NCBI GenBank assembly: GCA_021323375.2
Contig: JAJPCT020000016.1
Location: 32,001 to 96,000 of the forward strand
Direction of reading: 5' to 3'
Source: Candidatus Wolframiiraptor gerlachensis
Lineage (GTDB): Archaea > Thermoproteota > Nitrososphaeria_A > Caldarchaeales > Wolframiiraptoraceae
DNA: 64,000 nt
Shown: piece by piece, positions 30,800 to 40,863 of the stretch
How positions within the stretch are numbered: position 1 is the first letter of the stretch
Layout: the number at the start of each line of letters is the position of its first letter
The notes under the pieces: model-generated
Told to the model about the DNA's origin: nothing
Databases searched by the model: none
The model's input: only the letters and a program-made list of their open reading frames with translations
Position numbers and translations under genes: made by a program

Positions 30800-31791
30800 A
30801 GAGAATCATGTTGAGATGCATCATAGTTGGATACGGCTTCCTCGGGAAGAGGCTCGCCAAGCTAATAGCCTCTGGAGCTGTTAGGGGCATCAAGCTCGTT
30901 GGGATAGCATCCTCCAAGGGATACATCTACAAGGAGGATGGATTTCTGCCAGGCGATCTCCCGGATGACCTACGATCATCCAGCATGCTGAGGCTCGCGC
31001 CCGCATCAGAGCTCATCGATAAGAGGATTGCTGATCTTCTGGTCGAGCTTACTCCAACAAATATTAGGGATGGCGAGCCGGGGCTGAGCCATATCAGGCT
31101 CGCACTCGAACAGGGCATGGATGTTGTAACGGCGAATAAGGGGCCTATAGCCCTCGCGTATAAGGAGCTGATGGGGCTCGCCGAGGAAAAGGGCGCGATG
31201 CTCCTGCACGAGGCCACCGTCGGCGGCGGGATACCGCTCATCTCCCTCAAGAACCGCTGCCTAGTAGCCGACGAGCTCCTATCAATCAAGGGGATACTGA
31301 ATGGGACTACCAACTATATTCTTAGCAGGATGCACTTCGAGGGGATGAGCCTCGATCTCGCGCTAAGGGAGGCTCAGATGCTCGGAATAGCCGAGAGGGA
31401 CCCCACGCTCGACTTGGAGGGCGTGGACACAGCGCTGAAGCTCGTCATACTCGCGAACAGCCTGATGAACATGAGTAAGAGACTGAGCGACGTGAAGATC
31501 AAAGGGATAACCGGGATAACGAGCGAGGCCATCGCGGCGGCGAAGGAATCCGGGATGACGATAAAGCTCATCGGGATCGCTGATGAGGATGGCCTCAGGG
31601 TAGCGCCCAAACTCGTAAGGCTGAATGACCCAATATGCGTTCATGGAACCCTGAATGCTGTCAGCTTCAATTTCAGGATCCTCGGGAGGCTCACGATAAT
31701 CGGGGAGGGTGCTGGCGAATCAACAGTCTCAGCCCTCATAAATGATATCCATGAGGTTGTGAAGACTAGGATGCGGTCAAATAGGATTTAA
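30793..31791 (+). CDS. hom: Homoserine dehydrogenase
   Basis: GYGFLG, VVTANKGP, EATVGGGIP, GILNGTTNYIL. Confidence 0.93.
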   Translation: MVKRIMLRCIIVGYGFLGKRLAKLIASGAVRGIKLVGIASSKGYIYKEDGFLPGDLPDDLRSSSMLRLAPASELIDKRIADLLVELTPTNIRDGEPGLSHIRLALEQGMDVVTANKGPIALAYKELMGLAEEKGAMLLHEATVGGGIPLISLKNRCLVADELLSIKGILNGTTNYILSRMHFEGMSLDLALREAQMLGIAERDPTLDLEGVDTALKLVILANSLMNMSKRLSDVKIKGITGITSEAIAAAKESGMTIKLIGIADEDGLRVAPKLVRLNDPICVHGTLNAVSFNFRILGRLTIIGEGAGESTVSALINDIHEVVKTRMRSNRI

Positions 31792-31827
31792 GCGGGCTCG
31801 TGATCGGCTCTGTCCCCGGGAGCAGGC

Positions 31828-32733
31828 ATGCCTAAGATAGCTGTGGTCGGCCATCTAACAATAGACGAGATAGAGGTTGAGTGTGGAAGCTATACGAGTA
31901 TGGGTGGGGTCGCCTGCTACGCCTCCCTCGCCGCGAGGGTACTCGGCGCTGACGTGAAGATATTCACAAGGATTGGAGGAGACTTCCCGAGAAACTATCT
32001 TGAGGTGCTTGAGGATGCTGGAGTGGATTTGTCGGGAGTGGTTGTCGGCGAGGATGAGAGGAGCACCAAGTTCAAGCTAACTTACATGGGGGATCGGCGC
32101 TGTCTAAGACTTCTCTCAAGGGCCGGAGGCATAGAACTGGAGAAGCTTGCTGGCGAGCTCCAGTCGCTTGATGCGGTTTACCTCGGCCCAGTCGCATGGG
32201 AGGTGGACATAGAATCTATCAGCAAGCTGCTAGGCCGGGTTAGGAGGCTGGCTCTAGACCCACAAGGCCTGATGAGGACTATTGACGAGGCGGGCTTTAT
32301 CAAGCTCAAGAGGCTTGATCTCGAGATTCCCGGGCTCTGGATCCTAAGGTTATCGGGCGAGGAGGCCGAGGTGCTCACGGGATCCACCGATCCCATCGAG
32401 ATAATTGACCGCCTTAAGCGGGTTGGCGCGGAGATCACGATATTGACGCTGGGCAGGCTTGGAGGCATCATCGCGCATGGAGCCGATGTTATTAAGGTCC
32501 CATGTTATGAGACCAGCATCTTCGATCCGACCGGTGCTGGAGACGTATTTGGGGGAGCCTTCATAGCATCATATCTTGATTGCTGGGATCTCCGGTGGGC
32601 GGCGGCCATGGCATCCGCGATGGCATCCATAGTCGTGGAGGGGTCGAGCTTTAAGCCCCTCACCTCGCCCGGGGTAAGGGATGAGGCCAAGCGCAGAGCC
32701 GAGAAGATCTATAGGCTGATAGAGCCCCTCTAA
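31828..32733 (+). CDS. PfkB/ribokinase-family carbohydrate kinase
   Basis: GGVACYA, DPTGAGDVFGG. Confidence 0.88.
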   Translation: MPKIAVVGHLTIDEIEVECGSYTSMGGVACYASLAARVLGADVKIFTRIGGDFPRNYLEVLEDAGVDLSGVVVGEDERSTKFKLTYMGDRRCLRLLSRAGGIELEKLAGELQSLDAVYLGPVAWEVDIESISKLLGRVRRLALDPQGLMRTIDEAGFIKLKRLDLEIPGLWILRLSGEEAEVLTGSTDPIEIIDRLKRVGAEITILTLGRLGGIIAHGADVIKVPCYETSIFDPTGAGDVFGGAFIASYLDCWDLRWAAAMASAMASIVVEGSSFKPLTSPGVRDEAKRRAEKIYRLIEPL

Positions 32734-32894
32734 TCCACCTTTATCCCATGCTTCTCCAAGGCCTTCTTTATCTTCTCGATCTCCGATCTAAGCCGAACCA
32801 GCTCTCCAACAATCATCTCAAGATCTGATGGTAGAGCATAGCCCAGCCTTCTAGCATCCCTCAACCTATCAAGCAGATCCTCAGGCAAAGCCAT
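32730..32894 (-). CDS. Small coiled-coil hypothetical protein (54 aa, below the ORF-track cutoff)
   Basis: MALPEDLLDRLRDARRLGYALPSDLEMIVGELVRLRSEIEKIKKALEKHGIKVD*; TTTAAG box upstream. Confidence 0.55.
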   Translation of the reverse strand: MALPEDLLDRLRDARRLGYALPSDLEMIVGELVRLRSEIEKIKKALEKHGIKVD

Positions 32895-32979
32895 TACCAC
32901 ATCCCAAGAGGAGTATGCATAGCTCCCTTAAAACGGTAGCTGGGCCCCCATGACGGGGTATCAAGCGATATCGTATTAA

Positions 32980-33415
32980 TTAATTCTTATGGAAGGCGCT
33001 TGGATCGTCTGATGCCGCGATTATCCTCCCCCACCATGGACAATAGCTTCTAACAGTCTCTAGCCAATAATCGAGCTCGCTTTCCACAAAGCTGGGGGTG
33101 CTGTCGCAGAGCTCGATGCTGACCTCAACCATCCTCACCGTCTCGGGCTTCAGGTGCCAGCTCCAAGGCTTGTTGAAGCCACCATCCCCGCGGGCCAACT
33201 CCCTCATCGGGAACAAGCTATTCTTTCCCTCAATGTTCTCGAGGGCAAGCCTGATAGTCTCTGGATCGGTGACATAGATTACAAAGCGCTCACCGTTCAC
33301 ATCCACCAAGAAGGTATTTTCTATGAGGCTTCATGTATGGAGTTATGAAAAGTGTGGCCGCAATAGCCGCGATGACCACGAGCAAGATGATGACTAGTCG
33401 CCTACGAGGCTGCAC
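32980..33415 (-). pseudogene. BP74-like secreted/anchored protein, frameshifted
   Basis: N-terminal TM MQPRRRLVIILLVV is out of frame with the body ...NKPWSWHL..IELCD..P..VE...YCPW. Confidence 0.55.
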
Positions 33416-33560
33416 AGCATTTCTTGATCCAAGTCGCATATGTAACTTCCCATTCGTCATAGATCGAGCAGCCGGAGCCTAGGCCGCGTTTAGGAGCTAG
33501 TGATCTTGGAACAAGATTATTAAACACCATGATCTAAGGCGTGGTTTCGAGAAGAAAGAC

Positions 33561-34346
33561 ATGTCAATAGTGCAGGCTTTTCAGAGCATATCTGGCGGTG
33601 ATCCCGTGATCTTGGGCGCTTTAGCAGGCCTATTCACCTCGATTATGAATCTGTTGGGGGCTGTGCCAATACTATTCTTAAGGGGGCCTTTTAGGAGGAT
33701 TTCTGATCTTGGGCTTGGTTTTGCCTCCGGGGTCATGCTCGCGGCCAGCTTCACGAGCCTCATCCTGCCGGGGATCGAGCTTGGGGGCATAATGCCTGTG
33801 CTAGTGGGAATGATTCTTGGGGCTGCCGCGATCTCCCTGATGGATAAGCTGATACCCCACATGCATGCAATCATGGGTATAGAGAAGGGCTCCTCTAGGC
33901 TTAAGGCTGTATGGCTCTTCATCCTCGCGATAGTGATACATAATATGCCGGAGGGGCTGGCCGTCGGCGTTAGCATGGGGTCGGGCGACCTCGCGGCCGG
34001 CCTAGCCCTCGCGATAGCCATAGGGATCCAGAATATGCCGGAAGGGTTGTCCGTAGGCTTATCACTCATCTCCACGGAGAAGTATAGCAGGTCTAGGGCA
34101 TACATCATCTCCACGGCATCAGGGTTCGTCGAGTTCCCCCTAGCGATAATCGGCGCTGTGGCCGTCATGGTGATTCACCAGATAGTCCCATATGCTATGG
34201 GGTTTGCGGCCGGAGCTATGCTATTCGTGGTGAGCGATGAGATCATACCAGAGCTTCATAGGCTAGGGAAGGAGAAAAGCATAACCTATAGCCTGATAGC
34301 CGGGCTGATCGTGATGCTGTATCTAGACGTGTTGCTCTCGGCCTAA
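33561..34346 (+). CDS. ZIP-family metal transporter (GufA/ZupT-like)
   Basis: IHNMPEGLAVG, IQNMPEG, EIIPE. Confidence 0.92.
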   Translation: MSIVQAFQSISGGDPVILGALAGLFTSIMNLLGAVPILFLRGPFRRISDLGLGFASGVMLAASFTSLILPGIELGGIMPVLVGMILGAAAISLMDKLIPHMHAIMGIEKGSSRLKAVWLFILAIVIHNMPEGLAVGVSMGSGDLAAGLALAIAIGIQNMPEGLSVGLSLISTEKYSRSRAYIISTASGFVEFPLAIIGAVAVMVIHQIVPYAMGFAAGAMLFVVSDEIIPELHRLGKEKSITYSLIAGLIVMLYLDVLLSA

Positions 34347-34381
34347 CATGAATTACTTGACCGGATTATCTCTCGCGCCTT

Positions 34382-34933
34382 TTATAGGCCGAGCTCCCCA
34401 CTTATCCCATTCAATGCCCTGAGCGATATCTCGAGGAAATCATCTAGTGTTAAGCCTATTTGCTCGCAGAACATTATCCGCTCTCTGCTGACATTCCTTG
34501 CAAAGTCCTTCTGCTTGAACTTCCTCTTCAGTGTCTCAACGCTCACCTCAGCCAGCTTCTTATTTGGCATGACGAGGGCGGCGGCGATTATGAGCCCCGA
34601 GACAGCGTCAGCCGCGATCAGCGCCTTCTCCATATCACTCTCCGGCCTCACCCCAGTATTCTCGAAGTTATGGGACTTTATGGCCCTAATAATCTCCGGC
34701 GGCACGGAGCTTCCCAGAATCTTCTCAGCCTCCAATCCATGCCTGCTTGGCTCATCCTTCGTCAGCTCATAGTCTATGTCATGGAGGAGCCCCGCGAGCT
34801 CCCAGACCCCCTCATCCCGCCCTAGGTGCCGCGCAAGCTCCCTCATTATCGCGGATACAGCTATCATGTGTAAAACTATCTTATCATTCGCGACTTTCTC
34901 CCTGACAATTCTCAGCGCCTCCTCCCTATCCAT
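34382..34933 (-). CDS. HDIG/HD-domain phosphohydrolase
   Basis: H..AV, GLLHDIDYE, HG, IKSH, ADAVSGL, KDFAR. Confidence 0.88.
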   Translation of the reverse strand: MDREEALRIVREKVANDKIVLHMIAVSAIMRELARHLGRDEGVWELAGLLHDIDYELTKDEPSRHGLEAEKILGSSVPPEIIRAIKSHNFENTGVRPESDMEKALIAADAVSGLIIAAALVMPNKKLAEVSVETLKRKFKQKDFARNVSRERIMFCEQIGLTLDDFLEISLRALNGISGELGL

Positions 34934-34962
34934 CCAGCGCACCCCCTCATCCTCCAGATGCC

Positions 34963-36273
34963 TTAACAATATTCCTCCACTGCCTCGCGGATTCTTTTAC
35001 AAGCCTCTCTAAGGGGCTTCTCATCCAGAACAGCGGAGATTCTGATATGGTTGTTGTAGTTCTGCCCGAAACATGCTCCGGGCGCTATCGCGACGCTCTT
35101 CTCCTCGAGGAGCTTCCACGCGAACCTCCATGAATCGAAACCCTCCACGTTTATCCTCGGGAAGATATACATCGCGCCCTCCGGCGGCTTGACCTCTATG
35201 AGCCTAGACCTCGAGAGCTCCTCATAGAGTATCCTCAGCCTCATCCCGATGAGCTCCACGTTCCTCCTCGCCGACTCCTCGTCGTTTAGCGCTGCTAAGG
35301 CCGCCCTCTGGACAAACTCGGGTATACATGTTATGGCGGTGTTCTGGGCTCTCGCGATGCGAGTCACGGTCTCAGGGTCGGACACTACGTATCCAACCCT
35401 GAAGCCCGTCATGCCCCAAGTCTTCGAGAAGGAGTTGACCATTATCGCGCGCTCCGCCCCGAGCTTCAGAATGCTCTCGAACCCATCACAGTAGCAGAAG
35501 TCCATATAGACCTCGTCGCTCAGGATCCAGGCGCCATAATCCTCAGCGATCTCTATTATCGCTCTCATGCTCCTCTCATCGAGAACTCTTCCAGTCGGGT
35601 TATTCGGATAATTCAGGATTATCAGCTTGGTCAGCCTGCTAACCTCCTCCTGGATCGTGTTGACGGGGTCCCAGTTATCCTCGAACCTCGTCCTAATTAT
35701 CTTCGGCCTCCTGCCAAGCCATCTAACCTGATGGGCGTAGAGGGGCCAGGCCGGCTCTATCACAATAACCTCATCACAGAGCTCCGTCACAGCCTCTATC
35801 GATCCATATACGGCGAACGTCCCACCCGCCGTAACCGCGATATTATCGGGCTTCAGGTCGAGGCTGAATCTCTCGGAGAGCTTTGATGCTATCGCCGCCC
35901 TAAGCTCCATGATACCATTCGCCGGGCCATACTTGCTATAACCCTCCCTGATCGCCCTGCAGGCTGCCTCAACAGCGCTTGGCGGCGCGGTGAAATCCGG
36001 CTCACCAAGCTCCAGCCTATAGACCTCTCTCCCCATTCTCTGAAGCTCTAGGGCTCTTGAGGCAAACTCCCTCAGCTTTAGCCCACTCTCTGGTGTTCCG
36101 CCCCTACCGCATCTCTCCCTCTCCTCCAAGACTAGGGAGAAGATCTTTCTCGCGAAATCCCCGCTCAGCCCATGCTTGCTGAACTCCGAGATCATTGCAT
36201 CGAGCATTTCAGCGCTAAGCTCGGATCTAGCAAGTGATGCGCATATTCTGGATAGCTCCGCGAGCTCCCTCAT
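34963..36273 (-). CDS. PLP-dependent class I/II (aspartate-type) aminotransferase with N-terminal helical extension
   Basis: GEPDF, NYPNNPTG, SDEVY, SFSKTWGMTGFRVG. Confidence 0.9.
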   Translation of the reverse strand: MRELAELSRICASLARSELSAEMLDAMISEFSKHGLSGDFARKIFSLVLEERERCGRGGTPESGLKLREFASRALELQRMGREVYRLELGEPDFTAPPSAVEAACRAIREGYSKYGPANGIMELRAAIASKLSERFSLDLKPDNIAVTAGGTFAVYGSIEAVTELCDEVIVIEPAWPLYAHQVRWLGRRPKIIRTRFEDNWDPVNTIQEEVSRLTKLIILNYPNNPTGRVLDERSMRAIIEIAEDYGAWILSDEVYMDFCYCDGFESILKLGAERAIMVNSFSKTWGMTGFRVGYVVSDPETVTRIARAQNTAITCIPEFVQRAALAALNDEESARRNVELIGMRLRILYEELSRSRLIEVKPPEGAMYIFPRINVEGFDSWRFAWKLLEEKSVAIAPGACFGQNYNNHIRISAVLDEKPLREACKRIREAVEEYC

Positions 36274-36347
36274 CACAGCACCACCCTCTCCTCGCCGCCT
36301 TCTCCGAGAATTAAGCCTTTTAACCATTGCCATGGCCATTTACCATT

Positions 36348-37181
36348 ATGAGGGCTGAGGAGCCTAGAGCCGGGGAAGCCTTCTATCACATTAGAGTTAA
36401 GCCCGGGGAGGTCTCAAGATATGTTCTTCTTCCAGGAGATCCGGAGCGCGTCCCATTAATCGCGGAGTTCTGGGATGAGGCTTGGGAGGTCTCGTGTCAT
36501 AGAGAGTTTAGGCTCTGGAATGGCAGGGTTGGCGGCAGGCCGATCTCGGCATGCTCTACGGGTATAGGCTCGGCCTCAGCCTCGATAGCTGTCGAGGAGC
36601 TCGCTAGGGCGGGCGCGGACACGTTTATCAGGGTTGGGAGCACGGGTGCGATCCAGCCGCATATAAGGCTCGGAGACCTCGTGATATCATCCGCTGCCAT
36701 CAGGCTCGAGGGCGCGAGCATGGATTATGCGCCGCCGGAGTACCCAGCCGCCGCGAGCTACGAGGTCCTCTTAGCATTAATTGAGGCAGCTGAATCCCTT
36801 AACATCACCTATAATGTTGGCGTCACCGCTACCACGGATAGCTTCTACCTCGGCCAGGGGAGAAAGGGGTTCCGCGGCTACTCATGGAGCAGGTCCGAGA
36901 ACCTCCTCGAGGACTTGAGGAGGATGAATGTCCTCAACTTCGACATGGAGACATCCACAATATACACTATAGCATCCATTTACGGGCTTAGGGCTGGATC
37001 CGTCTGCGCGGTCTTCGCCAACAGGGTTAGGGATGAGTTCGGGATAGCTGGCGAAAAAGATGCAGCTAGAGTCGCGGTCGAGGCCATCAAAATCCTCCAA
37101 GAATGGGATGAGCTCAAAGCGAGGCGGGGTAAGCCCCTCTTCTACCCCTCACTTCTAAGGGGGTCTAATCCAAAAATATGA
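36348..37181 (+). CDS. udp: Uridine/nucleoside phosphorylase
   Basis: PGDPERV, STGIG, IRVGSTG, DSFYLGQGR, DME. Confidence 0.88.
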   Translation: MRAEEPRAGEAFYHIRVKPGEVSRYVLLPGDPERVPLIAEFWDEAWEVSCHREFRLWNGRVGGRPISACSTGIGSASASIAVEELARAGADTFIRVGSTGAIQPHIRLGDLVISSAAIRLEGASMDYAPPEYPAAASYEVLLALIEAAESLNITYNVGVTATTDSFYLGQGRKGFRGYSWSRSENLLEDLRRMNVLNFDMETSTIYTIASIYGLRAGSVCAVFANRVRDEFGIAGEKDAARVAVEAIKILQEWDELKARRGKPLFYPSLLRGSNPKI

Positions 37182-37209
37182 GCTCGAGAAGCTCTCGTAG
37201 AGAGTTCCT

Positions 37210-37803
37210 TTGAGCGGCCTTCTCGATTCCCTGCTTGAGTGGGCTAGACTTCATCTCGTCCCACTGGGGATTCCGGGGCTGATTTTAACGGCCTTCACGG
37301 AGTCCAGCTTCTTCCCAATACCGCCTGATGTCATCCTTATCCCGCTTGCCCTCCTAGACCCCGGAAACGCTGTGCTCTACGGCCTCGTGGCCACGGTCAG
37401 TTCGACGGCTGGAGCCCTCCTTGGCTACTGGATCGGTCTTAAGGGCGGGAGACCCATACTCCTTAAGCTGGCTGGCAAGAAGTCTGTGAAGAAGGCTGAG
37501 GAGTTCTTCAACAGGTATGGCGCCTGGGCTGTTGGGGTAGCTGCCTTCACGCCGATACCCTATAAGGTCTTCACTATAGCCTCTGGAGTATTCATGCTTA
37601 GGAACTTGAAGGCTTTCATCCTCGCATCAATTCTGGGGAGGGGTGGGAGGTTCATGGCCGAGGCAGTGCTCATAATGCTCTTCGGCGAGGAGATATTGTC
37701 ATTTCTCAGCGCGCACTTCGAGCTCATAACAATTCTAGTTGGCGCGGCCGTGATATTTTTCCTAGCGGTATATAGCCTCCTCAGGAGGAGATCACGCTCC
37801 TGA
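37210..37803 (+). CDS. YqaA/DedA (VTT) family membrane protein
   Basis: ESSFFPIPPD, TPIPYKVF, GRGGRF. Confidence 0.88.
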   Translation: MSGLLDSLLEWARLHLVPLGIPGLILTAFTESSFFPIPPDVILIPLALLDPGNAVLYGLVATVSSTAGALLGYWIGLKGGRPILLKLAGKKSVKKAEEFFNRYGAWAVGVAAFTPIPYKVFTIASGVFMLRNLKAFILASILGRGGRFMAEAVLIMLFGEEILSFLSAHFELITILVGAAVIFFLAVYSLLRRRSRS

Positions 37804-39108
37804 AGCCCTTCTTTTCCCAATCGTTATCCTCGCTGTTATGAGCCTCTCCCCCATGAAGAGCCATGAGCTTAGTAGGAGGAGCAGTGCCGCGAATCCCAGC
37901 ATCACCATTATTGATGTGATCGCGGATGTGATATCGCCCGCGAACCCACCCTGTATCGCGAGGAATAGGTGTGTGAAGGGATCTAGGAGGAGACCTATCC
38001 TGACTCCTATTGGGAGGCTCTCGAGGGGCGCGAAGATTAGGATGAAGAATGGGGGCATTAGGAGTGGGAATGTTATGACCCCGACGAGTTGCTGGGCGCT
38101 CCTGACATCGCTCCCGAGGACGCCGACAAGGAGCCCTATACATGTCATCATCACCATCGCGATGAATATCGCTGAGACGAGTATCGGGATGAAGATGGGG
38201 GATGGCCAGAGGTCGATAAGTGTTATGCTCACCTGCTGGCCTGCGGCAACCTCCTCGACCGGGATCCGCGCCATCATGCTCCCCGCGATCATCAGGCCGT
38301 AGACCCCGAAGCCGACCAGGAATGAGAATGTGCTTAAGAGGACTATAACAAATGTCCCCAAGAGCTTGCTGAGGAGTATTGTTATCCTCCTAGCCGGGAT
38401 CGTTAGGAGCAGCTCAAGGGTCTTGGACTCCTTCTCGAGGGCGATGCTTGTCGCCGAGACCGTGGATGCATAGCTCGCGACCATCACCGCGACTAGTGGG
38501 AGGCCGAAGAGCGTTGTCAGGAAGGTGGCGGCAACGGCGGAGGCAGGAGCCCTCAATATCCTGTCAAGATAAAGCACCATGGAATTCTCTAGGATCGGTT
38601 TCTCGAAGAACCTTGGATCAATACCTCCCCCATGAACTCTCTCAGCCAGAGACTTGAATATATCGAGTAGGATTGTTGAGATCCGCTGGCTCATGCTGAT
38701 CTCGGAGATCGAGGCGGATCTTATGGGGTAGATCGTCATGATCGTGCTCTGGATGCCGGATGTGAAGTTTCTCGTGAAGCCGCTCGGTATTATGATCACG
38801 GCATTGAGCTCCTTTCCGGCCGCCGCCCTGGCGCACTCATCCTCGGATGAGCACTCCACCTTGATGGTCCTAATCCCCTTTTCCCTGAGCAGCTCCGGGA
38901 GATGAGTAGATGTTAGCCATGTCTTTTCTAGGTCAGCTATCCCGATTACAAGGCCCACTTCAGCCCTCTCCATCGCCGCGCTCATCCCAAGGCCAGTCAA
39001 CGCGCCCATTATCGGGAAGACTATTAGCGGGATTATTATCGCGCCTACTAGTATGCTCCTCTCCATCAGGAGCTCCTTAACCTCCTTCTTAAGTAATGGC
39101 CCGAGCAT
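37792..39108 (-). CDS. ABC-2 type exporter permease (NatB-like)
   Basis: KEVKEL, IALEKESKTLELLLTIP, multiple TM helices. Confidence 0.85.
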   Translation of the reverse strand: MLGPLLKKEVKELLMERSILVGAIIIPLIVFPIMGALTGLGMSAAMERAEVGLVIGIADLEKTWLTSTHLPELLREKGIRTIKVECSSEDECARAAAGKELNAVIIIPSGFTRNFTSGIQSTIMTIYPIRSASISEISMSQRISTILLDIFKSLAERVHGGGIDPRFFEKPILENSMVLYLDRILRAPASAVAATFLTTLFGLPLVAVMVASYASTVSATSIALEKESKTLELLLTIPARRITILLSKLLGTFVIVLLSTFSFLVGFGVYGLMIAGSMMARIPVEEVAAGQQVSITLIDLWPSPIFIPILVSAIFIAMVMMTCIGLLVGVLGSDVRSAQQLVGVITFPLLMPPFFILIFAPLESLPIGVRIGLLLDPFTHLFLAIQGGFAGDITSAITSIMVMLGFAALLLLLSSWLFMGERLITARITIGKRRASGA

Positions 39109-39109
39109 C

Positions 39110-39826
39110 TTAAGCCGCCTCCACCAGCTTCGCGAAGACCTCCTCGAGATTCTGGGCCCGGTGCTCAGCCTTCAGCTCATCAGGCCTGCCCTCCGCGATG
39201 ATCCTCCCGCCGCTCATGAATGCAACCCGGTCACAGAGATACTCTATCTCGAACATGTTGTGGCTGGAAACTATGACGGTTGCGCCGCTCTCCTCCACGA
39301 ACCTCCTTATCCTCCTCCTGATATGCACGGCGTGGATGACGTCTAGACCGGAGGTCGGCTCATCGAGTATCGCAACCCTCGGCCTCAGCATTAATATCGC
39401 TGCGAGGATTATCCTCCGCCTCATACCCTTGCTATAGGATCCCATGGGCTTCCTCAGTGCATCGCCGAGCCCCGCGATCTCCATACCCTCCTTGATGCAT
39501 TCCCGACCCCTGCCATGAACCTCGGCCATGAAGCTGAGAAACTCCAAGCCTGTCAAGTGCCTGTAAACCCCGGCATCCTCCGGCAGATATGCGATGATTC
39601 TCCTAACCCTGTCCGGCTCATCCCTGACGCTGTGACCCATTATGATAGCGTCACCAACATCCGGCCTAAGGATCGTCGCGAGAATCCTGAGAGTCGTCGT
39701 CTTACCGGCACCATTCGGCCCAATCAAGCCGAAGATCTCCGACTCATCAACCTCAAATGAGACGCCCTTCAGAACCTCGAGAGACCCAAACCTCTTAACG
39801 AGACCGCTGGCCACGACAGCCCTCAA
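39110..39826 (-). CDS. ABC exporter ATP-binding protein
   Basis: GPNGAGKTT, YSKGMRRR, LDEPTSGLD; start placed at TTG 39826. Confidence 0.9.
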   Translation of the reverse strand: MRAVVASGLVKRFGSLEVLKGVSFEVDESEIFGLIGPNGAGKTTTLRILATILRPDVGDAIIMGHSVRDEPDRVRRIIAYLPEDAGVYRHLTGLEFLSFMAEVHGRGRECIKEGMEIAGLGDALRKPMGSYSKGMRRRIILAAILMLRPRVAILDEPTSGLDVIHAVHIRRRIRRFVEESGATVIVSSHNMFEIEYLCDRVAFMSGGRIIAEGRPDELKAEHRAQNLEEVFAKLVEAA

Positions 39827-40274
39827 GCATAAATCCCTTGAGGCTTGTAATCTTTTAGGATTTCTATTTTTCTCATATTGCTCCTTGCCTCTCAAATCTT
39901 CTACTAGGGCTAACTGGATTTTGCATGCATTATACATTACTTTACTTTAATATTCATAACTCATAATATCAGCCATCATAAGAGGCTTGACACCATCTCC
40001 CGAGTCTTGAATCTCCATCAACACGTCCGGAACTGCCTCGATCGTCCTATCTTTTCTTTATTGCTTCTATTATGGAAATTCCATGGAAGCATGGGCGGAT
40101 TATCGATGAAAAGAACTTGAAGAACTTGATAAAAAAATAGACCCTACTACAACCTCAAGGAACCATTAAGGCTCATAGGTAATGATGATGGGGAAGAAGT
40201 TTATGAGAAGACCTATAAAATCTTTTGGGACAAAAGGAGCGTTGAAGAAACTATCAAATTATATTGTCGATAGG

Positions 40275-40567
40275 GTTACCACTCCATTTGCTGGTAGTAA
40301 GGTTGGGGATTTCTGAGATGAGATCGATTCTGGGTGGAGGTGGAGGGTGATGAGGGTGATATACTCGTAAGTTAAGATCACATGTTGCGGCTATTGTAGC
40401 AAATCTTTACGCGTATGTTAGAAGGAATGTAAGCGTTTCGGATGAAATTGCCAATGTTGCTGAGTGTATGTCCAAAAATCAGGCGATAGTTAAATTGAGG
40501 CTGACGACTTTGGAGGCGTTAAGAAGAGCATACCCATGACAAAGCCGCTGGCCAGCAAGTTCTCGTA
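40275..40567 (+). pseudogene. IS110/TasR-like protein, copy 2 (3' remnant only)
   Basis: LPLHLLVVRL...YTRKLRSHVAAIVANLYAYVRRNVSVSDEIANVAECMSKNQAIVKLRLTTLEALRRAY aligns with the copy-1 C-terminus. Confidence 0.72.
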
Positions 40568-40693
40568 GCCATAAAGGCCAGCAAGCCAAGCCTTAAACCA
40601 TCCATGGATTCATAAAGATAGAAATCCATCCTCCATGGTGGCAGCTTCCGCCAGCTCTACTGGCCTTTATGGCTTTTAATACCCGCCGGCCAG
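40548..40693 (-). ncRNA. Nested hairpin cassette, copy 2, inverted relative to its gene
   Basis: Its reverse complement aligns colinearly with 4621..4758 while the flanks AAGCCG and TCCCACC keep the copy-1 orientation. Confidence 0.6.
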
Positions 40694-40759
40694 TCCCACC
40701 CTCCATTTTTGCCTTAGCCTTAGTATGTTTAGATTGGATCCTAACTTTGTCTGAACATG

Positions 40760-40824
40760 TAAAAGAGCTTCTGTCAACTTAGCAAGTAATCTCTTCAAGT
40801 CCTTTATCTTGACGTATGCGCTGA
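40760..40824 (-). pseudogene. Decayed duplicate of the tpiA 3' end
   Basis: SAYVKIKDLKRLLAKLTEALL versus tpiA SAYVKAKDPKKLLAEMVEAAL (about 23913..23976). Confidence 0.6.
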
Positions 40825-40863
40825 TATAAAGATGCTTTTCATCCCTAACTCTATTATCCTGAT

